Part shown: piece by piece, positions 1 to 9,518 of the stretch
How the letters are laid out: every line of letters starts with the position of its first letter
How positions within the stretch are numbered: the stretch's first letter is position 1
Source: an uncultured Bacteroidota bacterium
Lineage (GTDB): Bacteria; Bacteroidota; Bacteroidia; AKYH767-A; 2013-40CM-41-45
Reading direction: 5' to 3'
DNA: 64,000 nucleotides
Assembly (NCBI GenBank): GCA_963775555.1
Contig: CAVZJJ010000004.1
Location: 30,814 to 94,813, forward strand
Program-made: the position numbers and the translations under genes
Notes under the pieces: generated by a model
Told to the model about the DNA's origin: nothing
Database searches by the model: none
What the model saw: the letters and a program-made list of their open reading frames with translations, nothing else

Positions 1-1
1 C

Positions 2-2161
2 ACAAAATTTGTCGGGCAAAAAAGATTTTCACTGGAAGGTGGCGAGACATTGATACCTGCACTTGATGCTGTTATTGAAAGTGGAGCCGGCCTAGGAATT
101 AAGGAGTTTGTTATTGGGATGGCTCACCGTGGACGGCTGAATGTGTTAGCCAACATTATGGGTAAGACTTATGAAGAGATCTTTGAGGAGTTTGAAGGAC
201 TCGAGTTTGCCGATACTGAGCAGGCAGGAGATGTGAAGTATCACCTTGGATTTTCAAGCGATATCAATACTGTGAGCGGAAAAAAGATTCACCTCAGTGT
301 TGCCCCAAATCCTTCCCACCTGGAAGCTGTTGATCCTGTAGTTCAGGGAATTGTTCGTGCAAAAATTGATAATACGAAATCGGGTACGGAGGAAATGATC
401 GCACCTATTCTAATACATGGTGATGCTGCCATCGCGGCTCAAGGGGTTGTTTACGAAGTTATTCAGATGTCACTCTTGCGTGCTTACCGCACTGGAGGAA
501 CGATTCATCTGGTCACAAATAATCAGATCGGATTTACTACCAATTATATTGATGGTCGTTCCAGTACCTATTGCACTGATGTGGCCAAAGTAACTTTGTC
601 GCCGGTTTTTCATGTGAATGCTGACGATGTGGAAGCATTGGTTTACACGATTGAACTTGCAATGGAGTTTCGTCAGAAATTTCATCGTGATGTATTTATT
701 GACATTCTTGGTTACAGAAAATACGGACACAATGAAGGAGATGAGCCCAGATTCACCCAGCCATTATTGTATAAAACAATAGCGAGTCATCCTAATCCAC
801 GAGAAATTTATAATGAAAAACTAATGGCGCAGGGCCAGGTGGAGGCAGAGCTTGCACGTGAGATGGAAACATCTTTCAAAGCCCTCTTGCAAAGAAGTCT
901 TGATACAGCAAAGTTGGCGAAAATGATCCGGACAAGTGAATATCTGGAAGGAAGCTGGAAAGGATTGCGCCGGGCGAATGAAAAAGATTTTAGTTCTTCA
1001 CCTGAAACAGGAGTGGATCTAAATACTCTGACAACTATTGGAAATAAAATCAGTACCCTGCCAGAGGATAAGAATTTTTTCAGCAAGAGTAAACGCCTTT
1101 TTGATGAGCGATTGAAGAATGTGAAAGAAGGAAGAGCAGATTGGGCCATGGCCGAATTGCTGGCCTATGGATCCCTGTTGAAAGAAGGCTATCCTGTACG
1201 ATTTAGTGGACAGGATTCTGAGCGGGGAACATTTTCTCATCGTCATGCAGTAGTCAGAGTGGAAGATTCGGAGGAACAATACACTCCACTAAATCATATT
1301 GACAAGCAACAAGCCCCGTTTCAGATTTATAATTCTCTACTCTCCGAATATGCCGTTCTCGGTTTTGAATATGGATATGCTCTCACATCTCCAAATTCTT
1401 TATCCATCTGGGAGGCACAGTTTGGTGATTTCATGAACGGGGCCCAAATCATCATCGATCAGTATCTCAGCAGTGCAGAGGACAAGTGGAACCGAATGAA
1501 CGGATTGGTCATGCTCTTGCCGCATGGTTACGAAGGACAGGGTGCTGAGCATTCCAGTGCGCGTATTGAACGGTTCCTCAATCTGTGCGGTGAACTCAAC
1601 ATGCAAGTGGTCAATTGCAGCACTCCTGCAAATTTCTTTCACGTGATTCGCAGACAAATGCATCGCCCATTCCGCAAACCTCTTGTTGTATTAACACCCA
1701 AGAGTTTGTTGAGACATCCGCGTTGTGTTTCCAATTTCAATGAACTGTCTGTTGGTGGATTCAAGGAGGTGATTGATGATATCACAGCTGTCCCCGAACG
1801 TGTGACAAGGGTTGTATTATGTAGTGGAAAGGTATATTATGAATTGCTTGAACAAAAGGAAAAAGATCAGGTCAACGACATTGCGTTGGTTCGGATAGAG
1901 CAATTATATCCTTTTCCTGCCGGACAATTGAATACTCTAAAGTTGAAATATAAAAATGCAAGTGAATGGATATGGTTGCAGGAAGAGCCGGCCAATATGG
2001 GAGCATGGTCATATCTCCTTCGGAAGTCGAAAGATATCCCATTAATATTAATATCGCGGCCGGAAAGCGCAAGCACTGCCACCGGTTCTCATAAAGCGCA
2101 TGATCGTGAACAAGCTAAGTTAATTGAAAGAGTCTTTGAACGTACTTTGGTAAGCAAATAA
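2..2161 (+). CDS. sucA: 2-oxoglutarate dehydrogenase E1 component, 5'-truncated by the window edge
   Basis: The frame is open from nt 2: TKFVGQKRFSLEGGETLIPALDAVIE precedes the ORF-track Met at 50. E1o hallmarks are present (GMAHRGRLNVLANIMGK, HGDAAIAAQGVVYE, LLPHGYEGQGAEHSSARIERFL). sucB follows directly. Confidence 0.93.
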   Translation, partial: TKFVGQKRFSLEGGETLIPALDAVIESGAGLGIKEFVIGMAHRGRLNVLANIMGKTYEEIFEEFEGLEFADTEQAGDVKYHLGFSSDINTVSGKKIHLSVAPNPSHLEAVDPVVQGIVRAKIDNTKSGTEEMIAPILIHGDAAIAAQGVVYEVIQMSLLRAYRTGGTIHLVTNNQIGFTTNYIDGRSSTYCTDVAKVTLSPVFHVNADDVEALVYTIELAMEFRQKFHRDVFIDILGYRKYGHNEGDEPRFTQPLLYKTIASHPNPREIYNEKLMAQGQVEAELAREMETSFKALLQRSLDTAKLAKMIRTSEYLEGSWKGLRRANEKDFSSSPETGVDLNTLTTIGNKISTLPEDKNFFSKSKRLFDERLKNVKEGRADWAMAELLAYGSLLKEGYPVRFSGQDSERGTFSHRHAVVRVEDSEEQYTPLNHIDKQQAPFQIYNSLLSEYAVLGFEYGYALTSPNSLSIWEAQFGDFMNGAQIIIDQYLSSAEDKWNRMNGLVMLLPHGYEGQGAEHSSARIERFLNLCGELNMQVVNCSTPANFFHVIRRQMHRPFRKPLVVLTPKSLLRHPRCVSNFNELSVGGFKEVIDDITAVPERVTRVVLCSGKVYYELLEQKEKDQVNDIALVRIEQLYPFPAGQLNTLKLKYKNASEWIWLQEEPANMGAWSYLLRKSKDIPLILISRPESASTATGSHKAHDREQAKLIERVFERTLVSK

Positions 2162-2197
2162 TTGAATTTCCAGTCACACATCATAATTATCGAGAAT

Positions 2198-3430
2198 ATG
2201 TCAATCGTCGAAATGAAAATTCCATCACCAGGGGAATCAATTACAGAAGTTCAGATTGCCAGGTGGATTAAAAAGGATGGAGACTATGTTGAAAAAGACG
2301 AGGAGATCTGTGAGATCGATTCGGACAAGGCGACACTTACGCTGAATGCTGAATCAGAAGGTATATTGAAGATTCTGGTAAAGGAAGGTGAAACCATTCC
2401 TGTAGGAACTTTAGTTTGTTCAATTGATTCGGAGGGAAAACGGGCAAGTGTTCCAGCCAAACAAACCGAAACAAAAAACGAGAAGACGCCAGAGGCTGCA
2501 GCTGTCGCTCCCGGAAAAGCGAATAGCGAAAGCTATGCTTCAGGACTTCCATCTGTTGCTGCTGCGAAAATGATGCGTGAAAAAGGAATTCCGGCAAAGC
2601 AAATCGCTGCGAGCGGGAAGGATGGACGGATCACCAAGGCCGATGTGCTTGGAACTTCAAAAAAGGATATTCCTGCTGCAGCCGGATCCTGGGCAGGAAC
2701 GCGTAACGAGCGACGCGAGAAGATGAGCATGTTGCGTAAAAAAGTAGCGGAGCGACTGGTTGCCGTGAAGCAGGAAACAGCGATGCTGACTACCTTCAAC
2801 GAGGTGGATATGACCGCGATTATGAATATCCGCAAACAATACAAGGATTCGTTCAAGGAAGTGCATGGAGTGGGACTTGGCTTCATGTCATTTTTTACGA
2901 AGGCAGTTTGTGAGGCCTTACATGCTTTTCCTTCTGTAAATGCAAGAATCGAGGGAACTGAAATCGTGTATCATGAATATTGTGATATCGGCATCGCAGT
3001 AAGTGCTCCTAAAGGACTTATGGTTCCGGTAATGCGCAATGCTGAATCGCAAAGTCTTGCGGCAATTGAAGCGAATGTAATAGAGTTGGCCTCCAAGGCA
3101 CGCGAAGGGAAGTTGAGTATTGAGGAGATGAGTGGAGGGACTTTTACTATCACCAATGGAGGAGTATTTGGTTCTATGCTATCAACTCCGATTATTAACC
3201 CGCCTCAAAGTGCTATTTTAGGGATGCACAATATTGTTGAACGACCCATGGCCGTGAATGGACAAGTCTTGATTCGTCCAATTATGTACATCGCTTTATC
3301 ATATGATCATCGCATCATTGACGGGCGAGAGTCAGTCGGCTTCCTGGTTAAAGTAAAGCAAATGCTTGAAGAGCCGGTGAAGATGATGTTTGAGGGAAAT
3401 GATCCCGTGAAAGTGCTCCTTGGTTTGTAA
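2198..3430 (+). CDS. sucB: dihydrolipoyllysine-residue succinyltransferase (E2 of 2-oxoglutarate dehydrogenase)
   Basis: Contains a lipoyl domain ([17 protein letters not shown]), an Ala/Pro-rich linker, an E3-binding region and an acyltransferase core with [11 protein letters not shown]. The ATG at 2198 ([17 protein letters not shown]) is preferred over the ORF-track TTG at 2162. It starts 37 nt after the sucA stop. Confidence 0.93.
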   Translation: MSIVEMKIPSPGESITEVQIARWIKKDGDYVEKDEEICEIDSDKATLTLNAESEGILKILVKEGETIPVGTLVCSIDSEGKRASVPAKQTETKNEKTPEAAAVAPGKANSESYASGLPSVAAAKMMREKGIPAKQIAASGKDGRITKADVLGTSKKDIPAAAGSWAGTRNERREKMSMLRKKVAERLVAVKQETAMLTTFNEVDMTAIMNIRKQYKDSFKEVHGVGLGFMSFFTKAVCEALHAFPSVNARIEGTEIVYHEYCDIGIAVSAPKGLMVPVMRNAESQSLAAIEANVIELASKAREGKLSIEEMSGGTFTITNGGVFGSMLSTPIINPPQSAILGMHNIVERPMAVNGQVLIRPIMYIALSYDHRIIDGRESVGFLVKVKQMLEEPVKMMFEGNDPVKVLLGL

Positions 3431-3532
3431 ATTTATTTTTGGGAAAGCATCTCAAATATTATTTGTGATTTAGAATATATTCAATTTAGTTTAATCATCT
3501 GAATCGGCTTTCCAATTGAAATCATCTGTTTT

Positions 3533-4072
3533 GTGAAAAAACATTTCGTTCGGATTTTTGTCGCTTTTCCACTGCCCCTGAAAATACAGGAAAGCTATCT
3601 GACATTTATCAAAGACTATATGAAAATTTCCGGTGTGCGCTGGACCCGGAAAGAAAACCTGCACATGACCTTATTCTTTATCGGGGAGATTGAAGAGGAT
3701 CAACTCACAGAAGTGAAGGAGAAGCTCCAACCAATTTTACTTGGCTGGAAAGCATTTGATATCAAATTTGAAAAAGTGAGCTTCCGGGGAAAAATACTTT
3801 CCCCTGAAATGATATGGGCGCAGTTTGAAAAGTCGGAGGAATTTAGCAGGAATGCTGAAAAAATCAGGGCTGCTGTTTCAGAATACATGACAATCGTACC
3901 CCGTCATCCCGAGCCGATACCCCATATTACCTTAGCACGACTTAAAAAAGGTGCAGACTTGTCTTCCATTAATACGGTAGAATTTAATCCCGGCGATACG
4001 TTACTCATCGACAGGGCTGAGTTGTGGAGGACGGTTCACCATGAAGAGGGTGTGTTATACGAACGTTTGTAG
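3533..4072 (+). CDS. thpR: RNA 2',3'-cyclic phosphodiesterase (2H phosphoesterase, LigT/ThpR family)
   Basis: 179 aa with the two H-x-T/S-x motifs of the 2H superfamily (HMTLFF and HITLARL) at the usual spacing. GTG start. Confidence 0.75.
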   Translation: MKKHFVRIFVAFPLPLKIQESYLTFIKDYMKISGVRWTRKENLHMTLFFIGEIEEDQLTEVKEKLQPILLGWKAFDIKFEKVSFRGKILSPEMIWAQFEKSEEFSRNAEKIRAAVSEYMTIVPRHPEPIPHITLARLKKGADLSSINTVEFNPGDTLLIDRAELWRTVHHEEGVLYERL

Positions 4073-4144
4073 AATGACACAACCCTTAGAAGGAATAGAG
4101 GTTTGATTTTAAAGGAGGAGCTATAAAAATTTGTTGTGATCAAG

Positions 4145-4729
4145 TCAATCTGCCAGGGCTACGACTTCGCTTACTTCTGGGATCAGTTGTTTTAACAGAT
4201 TTTCGATTCCTGATTTCAATGTGAGTGTTGAAGAAGGACATCCACTGCATGATCCTTTCATGACTACGGTAACCACGCCGTCTTCGAAAGATTTAAAGTG
4301 AATCGCTCCGCCATCTTGTTCTACCGCTGGTTTTACGTATTCTTCCAGAGTTTCTATGATTTTGGTTTCGAGAGCAGAAGCTGTTTTTGTTCGTTCAATG
4401 GAGGTGTCCGCGACTTGTTCAGTTGGTCCGGTGAAAACCGGTTCCTCATTTTGAAAATAGTTTTTAATGTACTCTCGCAAAATCGGAATCATTTCATACC
4501 AGTCTACATCAGAATTTTTAGACAGGGTGATAAAGTTTGCAGTGATGAATACACTGTTGATTCCGGAAAAAGTGAATAATTGCCTTGCTAGTGGTGAATT
4601 GCCGGCTTGCGAAGGATTGCTGTATTCAACACTTCCTTCCTGCAAAATATAATTATTGAGCACAAATTTCATTGAAGCCGGATTGGGCGTAGCTTCGGCA
4701 TATACAGTCACTAATTTCTTGTTTTCCAT
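4145..4729 (-). CDS. NifU/Nfu-type Fe-S cluster assembly protein
   Basis: 194 aa. It has an N-terminal Nfu_N-like region and a C-terminal NifU domain with the CSGCPSSTLTLK motif. Confidence 0.8.
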   Translation of the reverse strand: MENKKLVTVYAEATPNPASMKFVLNNYILQEGSVEYSNPSQAGNSPLARQLFTFSGINSVFITANFITLSKNSDVDWYEMIPILREYIKNYFQNEEPVFTGPTEQVADTSIERTKTASALETKIIETLEEYVKPAVEQDGGAIHFKSFEDGVVTVVMKGSCSGCPSSTLTLKSGIENLLKQLIPEVSEVVALAD

Positions 4730-4748
4730 TCTTTTAATAATAGCGGTA

Positions 4749-4756
4749 CAAAGGTA
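4749..4756 (-). promoter_or_regulatory. candidate Bacteroidota -7 promoter box (TACCTTTG on the minus strand) for the nifU-like gene
   Basis: The plus strand reads CAAAGGTA, which matches TAnnTTTG on the minus strand. It lies 19 nt upstream of the ATG at 4729. Confidence 0.4.
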
Positions 4757-4861
4757 TGGAATTTTTAGAAGGGAGTTCAGGATACAACAGGCAAATGATG
4801 CAATGAAACGGGGTATTCTTGGGGATGAATGAATTTACATGGATTTCTACCAAGTAACCAG

Positions 4862-4869
4862 TACTTTTG
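4862..4869 (+). promoter_or_regulatory. candidate -7 promoter box (TACTTTTG) for nadB
   Basis: Matches TAnnTTTG, 7 nt upstream of the ATG at 4877. It lies inside the longer ORF-track extension, which argues for the 4877 start and a near-leaderless mRNA. Confidence 0.4.
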
Positions 4870-4876
4870 GCAACAT

Positions 4877-6445
4877 ATGAGGACAGAAACAGATTTTCTA
4901 GTCATAGGCAGTGGAATTGCCGGTCTAACCTTTGCTTTGAAAGTTGCAGACAAGGGAAAAGTGATTGTGATCACCAAGGCCAATGAAGAAGAGTCGAATA
5001 CCAAGTATGCTCAGGGAGGAATTGCAGGTGTACTGCAAGGTCCGGACACTTTTGAGAAGCACATCCGGGATACCATAGAATGTGGCTCAGGCTTGTGTGA
5101 CGAAAAGGTGGTTCGCATGGTGGTTACCGAAGCAGCGGAAAGAATACAGGAAATTATTGAATGGGGAACACGCTTTGACAAGACGAAGAGTGGCGAGTAC
5201 GACCTCGCCAGGGAGGGAGGACACAGTGAGCACCGGGTTCTTCATTATAAAGATGCAACCGGAAACGAAATTGAAAGGGCCCTTCTGGAAAGAATTCATG
5301 CACATCCCAATATTACCCTGCATACTCATTTTTTCGCGGTTGACATTATCACCCAGCATCATCTCGGTGAAGAAGTTAAACGGGGAACCCCGGGGATTGA
5401 GTGTTACGGAGCATATGTCCTGAATAATAAGACTGGCGAGGTGGATACCATTCTTGCACGTATTACTCTAATTGCAAGTGGCGGTGCAGGGCATGTATAT
5501 AAATCTACAACCAACCCGGTAATTGCAACAGGAGATGGCATGGCTATGGCGTATCGAGCTAAAGCCCTGATGATGGATATGGAATTTATTCAATTTCATC
5601 CTACATCCTTATACCACCCTGGTGAACATCCTTCCTTTCTGATTTCGGAAGCTGTTAGGGGAGCGCATGGAATTCTCAAAACAATGGATGGAGAGGAGTT
5701 CATGAATAAATATGATTCACGCGCTTCACTGGCTCCTCGAGACATTGTTGCAAGAGCGATTGACCAGGAAATGAAAGTACGGGGAGATGAGTTTGTGTAT
5801 CTTGACTGCCGTCATCTTCCATTGGCGGAATTCAAAAAGCATTTTCCTACGATTTATACAAAGTGCCTTAGTATTGGCCTCGATATATCCAAGCAGATGA
5901 TACCCGTGGTTCCGGCGGCACATTATATTTGCGGCGGTGTTGCCGTGGATGAGTGGTCACGGAGCAGCATTAAAAACATGTATGCTGCCGGAGAGTGTGC
6001 CAGGACGGGGCTTCATGGAGCAAACCGTCTTGCTTCAAATTCCCTGTTGGAGGCATTGGTGTTTTCTCACCGTGCTGCGCAGGATGGCTTGAAAAATTTT
6101 AAAGCTGTACAGCTTAATAATGAAGTTCCAGATTGGAATTCAGAAGGGACTACACAACCCAACGAGATGGTGTTGATCACGCAAAATCTGAGAGAACTTC
6201 AGGATGTAATGAGTTCCTATGTAGGTATTGTGAGATCCGACCATCGGTTGAAACGAGCTATGGACCGGCTCCGCATAATTTATGGAGAAACTGAGGCCTT
6301 GTACAGCCGTACTATTCTTTCGCCAAGACTTTGTGAATTACGCAACCTGATTACGGTGGCTTACCTGATTGTTAAATTCTCGATGGCCAGGAAGGAAAGT
6401 GTGGGTTTGCATTATTCAACAGATTACCCTCCTGTTTCAAAATAA
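4877..6445 (+). CDS. nadB: L-aspartate oxidase
   Basis: Has the FAD dinucleotide fold DFLVIGSGIAGL and flavoprotein motifs of the fumarate reductase/aspartate oxidase family (QGGIAGV, HPTSLY, RLASNSLLEALVF). Size is about 520 aa. The start is moved from 4829 to the ATG at 4877 (MRTETDFLVIGSG). Confidence 0.9.
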   Translation: MRTETDFLVIGSGIAGLTFALKVADKGKVIVITKANEEESNTKYAQGGIAGVLQGPDTFEKHIRDTIECGSGLCDEKVVRMVVTEAAERIQEIIEWGTRFDKTKSGEYDLAREGGHSEHRVLHYKDATGNEIERALLERIHAHPNITLHTHFFAVDIITQHHLGEEVKRGTPGIECYGAYVLNNKTGEVDTILARITLIASGGAGHVYKSTTNPVIATGDGMAMAYRAKALMMDMEFIQFHPTSLYHPGEHPSFLISEAVRGAHGILKTMDGEEFMNKYDSRASLAPRDIVARAIDQEMKVRGDEFVYLDCRHLPLAEFKKHFPTIYTKCLSIGLDISKQMIPVVPAAHYICGGVAVDEWSRSSIKNMYAAGECARTGLHGANRLASNSLLEALVFSHRAAQDGLKNFKAVQLNNEVPDWNSEGTTQPNEMVLITQNLRELQDVMSSYVGIVRSDHRLKRAMDRLRIIYGETEALYSRTILSPRLCELRNLITVAYLIVKFSMARKESVGLHYSTDYPPVSK

Positions 6446-6530
6446 TTTTCGTTTTTCGAATTCATTCCTCCGTTGCCGTGAGTAAATTAAATGTTATTGA
6501 AAAAAATATCCTTTATCTCAAATGCTGTAA

Positions 6531-7532
6531 ATGGAGCAAGACGTGTCACGGGAACAATTGAAGGATTTAATTTTTTCGGTTCAAAGCAAGGATGAATTTG
6601 AAAAAGTTGCGCTCGCTGTTTTCCGCTATCAGGCCGAGAGGAACACTGTATATAACCGGTATCTTGAATTTCTGAAAAGGGATATCAAGGCGGTGATGAA
6701 AATTGAAGAAATCACGTTTTTGCCGGTTGAGTTTTATAAAACCGAAAAGGTGATTTCCGGATTTAGAGATGCGGATATTGTTTTTGCGAGCAGCACTACT
6801 ACCGGAGCAATACCGGGAAGGCATTATGTTCCGGATATTTCATTGTATGAAAAAAGTTTTCAAAAGTGCTTTCATCAATTTTATGGGGATCCTGAAAACT
6901 ATTGCTTGCTGGCTCTGTTGCCCTCTTATCTGGAAAGAAAGGATTCATCGCTCGTATATATGATGAATGAGTTAATTAAGTCTACGCGGCATCCGGCAAG
7001 TGGATTTTATATTAACAATCATTCTGAATTATTAGCCGCATTGCTTGAATTGAAAAAAGCAGGGCAAAAAACAATTCTTGTGGGTGTTACATTTGCACTA
7101 CTCGATTTTATTGAAAAGCATCCTGTTGATTTCCCTGAATTGATTGTGATGGAAACAGGAGGGATGAAAGGCCGACGTGAGGAAATGGTAAGGGAAGAGG
7201 TGCATGATCTACTTTCTAAAGGATTCGGGGTGATTGACATTCATTCCGAATATGGAATGACGGAATTGTTATCACAGGCCTATTCAAATGGAAAGGGGAT
7301 TTTTCATTGCCCTCCCTGGATGCATGTAATCATCCGTGATGCTTATGATCCGGCATCGCTGACTATTGCAGGGAGAAGCGGTGGCATCAACATAGTGGAT
7401 CTTGCCAATCTTGATTCCTGTTCATTCATTGAGACGCAGGATCTTGGTAAATTGTCCCCGGATGGAAGTTTCGAAGTACTGGGCCGTTTCGACAACAGCG
7501 ATTTGAGAGGGTGCAACCTCATGGTACCCTGA
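6531..7532 (+). CDS. LuxE-like acyl-protein synthetase / adenylate-forming acyltransferase family protein
   Basis: 333 aa with an AMP-forming type motif (ASSTTTGAIPGRH) and METGGMKGRREE. It resembles the LuxE/PaaK-like proteins common in Bacteroidota. The family call is from memory of these motifs only. Confidence 0.55.
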   Translation: MEQDVSREQLKDLIFSVQSKDEFEKVALAVFRYQAERNTVYNRYLEFLKRDIKAVMKIEEITFLPVEFYKTEKVISGFRDADIVFASSTTTGAIPGRHYVPDISLYEKSFQKCFHQFYGDPENYCLLALLPSYLERKDSSLVYMMNELIKSTRHPASGFYINNHSELLAALLELKKAGQKTILVGVTFALLDFIEKHPVDFPELIVMETGGMKGRREEMVREEVHDLLSKGFGVIDIHSEYGMTELLSQAYSNGKGIFHCPPWMHVIIRDAYDPASLTIAGRSGGINIVDLANLDSCSFIETQDLGKLSPDGSFEVLGRFDNSDLRGCNLMVP

Positions 7533-7558
7533 ATAAATCTTAATTGATCAACCTATTT

Positions 7559-7566
7559 TATCTTTG
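7559..7566 (+). promoter_or_regulatory. TAnnTTTG box (TATCTTTG) at the start of a 260-bp structured spacer
   Basis: Lies 27 nt after the stop of the upstream gene. Two further boxes (TAAATTTG) occur at 7720-7727 and 7753-7760. Confidence 0.3.
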
Positions 7567-7752
7567 CAAGGCGGTTTGAAAATCACACCCTCTGCATTTG
7601 GTATTTCTCAAGCTAAAAGGTGATTTTTCGCTATAGTATGAATCGATCCGAAAGAAATTTTCAGTTTCCGGTACAGAAACGAGGAATTGCTATGCTCTCC
7701 TTCTAATGCACAAGTTGAATAAATTTGTTTCGCCGGGATAGCGAAACATTGC

Positions 7753-7760
7753 TAAATTTG
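7753..7760 (+). promoter_or_regulatory. candidate -7 promoter box (TAAATTTG) for the small membrane ORF
   Basis: Matches TAnnTTTG, 32 nt upstream of the ATG at 7793. Confidence 0.35.
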
Positions 7761-7792
7761 CATCGCTTTTACTTCCCGAAAGAAACTAATTT

Positions 7793-8014
7793 ATGCAAAG
7801 TAAACGAAGAATACTGCTCATTTTCTTTAGTGTCGCCACCGGCAGTCTGATTTCTCTGTGGATCATGAAAAAGCGCATGGGAACACTTAGCACTTCAGAT
7901 TACATCCAGCTGGGCTTTAATTTTCTTTTTGCTGCCGCAATTGTTGTCGGAGTAGCAATCTTTTTACAGCATATGAATAACCAGGAAAATAAAAAGCAAG
8001 AAGGGAAAAAGTAA
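7793..8014 (+). CDS. small hypothetical membrane protein (73 aa, two hydrophobic helices)
   Basis: An ATG ORF with two clear hydrophobic segments (ILLIFFSVATGSLISLWI and FNFLFAAAIVVGVAIFL). A promoter-like box lies upstream. I recognise no family. Confidence 0.45.
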   Translation: MQSKRRILLIFFSVATGSLISLWIMKKRMGTLSTSDYIQLGFNFLFAAAIVVGVAIFLQHMNNQENKKQEGKK

Positions 8015-8041
8015 TTCCTGCCATTTTCCGGCCTTCATTGT

Positions 8042-9322
8042 CTAAGCTACAATGATAAGGTAATAGTTCTTTTTTCCTTTCTGAGCCAGGATGTATTTCT
8101 CTTTCAGCAGGTATGTTGAAGCAATCGACTGGTTCATATCGCCAACCTTTTTTTTATTGATAGACACGCCACCACCTTCGATCATTTTCCTTGCTTCACC
8201 ACGGGAAGGAAAAATACCGGTTTTGTCTGACAGAAATTCGACTACATTGATACCTTTTTCCACTTCGCTTTTTGAAACAGTGACCTGGGGAACACCTTGA
8301 AAAACGATAAGCAGATCTTGTTCTGAGAGACGAAGTAATGCTTCAGCAGTACCTTTGCCAAATAAAATATCTGAGGCATCCAGAGCAGATTTGTATTCTT
8401 CCTGTGAATGTACTCGGGTGGTGATATCTTTTGCGAGCTCCTTCTGAAGTAAACGTTGATGTGGTGCAAGGATGTGTTCAGCTTCCAGGGCTTCAATTTT
8501 CTCTTTTTCCAACAAGGTGAATATCCTGATGAAATTTTTCGCGTCTTCATCGGAGGCATTTAGCCAGAATTGATAAAATTGATAGGGAGAAGTGCGTTCG
8601 GGATCGAGCCAAACGTTACCGCTCTCTGACTTTCCGAATTTAGATCCATCCGCTTTTTTGATCAGCGGTGTGGTGAGTGCAAATGCCTCGCCGGCATCTT
8701 TGCGACGAATAAGTTCAGTACCGGTGACAATATTTCCCCATTGATCCGAGCCACCCATTTGCAATTTTATTCCCTGATGTTTCCAGAGGTAATAGAAGTC
8801 ATAGCCCTGCACGAGTTGATAGCTGAATTCAGTGAAGGACATGCCGGTATCCAGTCGTTTCTGAACAGAATCTTTAGCCAGCATATAATTAATCGAAATG
8901 TGTTTGCCGACATCGCGGATAAAATCCAGGAAAGAAAAATTCTTGAACCAATCATAATTATTTACAATTTCTGCAGAATGATCTCCGCAATTGAAGTCAA
9001 GAAATTTCTCCAATTGTTTTTTCTGACAATCCAGATTGTGCTGGAGGGTTTCTTCGTTTAAAAGATTTCTTTCCTGCGATTTTCCACTGGGGTCACCCAC
9101 CATTCCGGTAGCACCTCCAACCAGGGCAATGGGTTTATGGCCGCATTGTTGAAAATGCAGCAGTGTCATTATTTGCACCATGTTTCCAACTCCCAAAGAG
9201 TCGGCGGTAGGATCGAAACCGATGTATCCTTTTGTCATTCCGGACTTCAGCAGTTCTTCCGTTCCCGGTATCATGTCGTGTAACATTCCTCTCCAACGGA
9301 ATTCTTCCACAAAATTCTTCAT
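8042..9322 (-). CDS. tyrS: tyrosine--tRNA ligase, with a non-canonical HIGH region (GVGN)
   Basis: 426 aa with GFDPTADSL..., the KMSKS-type loop KFGKSESG and a C-terminal S4-like domain. The overall match to bacterial TyrS is clear. See the finding on the HIGH motif. Confidence 0.92.
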   Translation of the reverse strand: MKNFVEEFRWRGMLHDMIPGTEELLKSGMTKGYIGFDPTADSLGVGNMVQIMTLLHFQQCGHKPIALVGGATGMVGDPSGKSQERNLLNEETLQHNLDCQKKQLEKFLDFNCGDHSAEIVNNYDWFKNFSFLDFIRDVGKHISINYMLAKDSVQKRLDTGMSFTEFSYQLVQGYDFYYLWKHQGIKLQMGGSDQWGNIVTGTELIRRKDAGEAFALTTPLIKKADGSKFGKSESGNVWLDPERTSPYQFYQFWLNASDEDAKNFIRIFTLLEKEKIEALEAEHILAPHQRLLQKELAKDITTRVHSQEEYKSALDASDILFGKGTAEALLRLSEQDLLIVFQGVPQVTVSKSEVEKGINVVEFLSDKTGIFPSRGEARKMIEGGGVSINKKKVGDMNQSIASTYLLKEKYILAQKGKKNYYLIIVA

Positions 9323-9339
9323 TCCATCTAATTTGGCCT

Positions 9340-9347
9340 CAAATATA
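9340..9347 (-). promoter_or_regulatory. candidate -7 promoter box (TATATTTG on the minus strand) for tyrS
   Basis: The plus strand reads CAAATATA. It lies 18 nt upstream of the ATG at 9322. Confidence 0.4.
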
Positions 9348-9518
9348 GCTAGTCAATAGAGAAGTGCAAACCGCGAAATAAGAGAATTCAACCATGTTAT
9401 ACAGGAGGAGCAGAAAAGTGCCGATGAAAAGATTGATTTTCCTGATGTGTATGCCTCAGAAAATTATCCAATTGCATTTTAGGGCTCGAAACATTTTTCC
9501 ATCTTCGCAGAATAGATT

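Noticed and set aside
2162-2197. N-terminal extensions in the ORF track: sucB TTG 2162, nadB 4829, ubiX 56483, T9SS cargo TTG 54919
   Set aside because: In each case, conserved family N-termini or signal peptides begin at a downstream ATG (2198, 4877, 56375, 54889). The extensions overlap neighbours or contain a promoter box.
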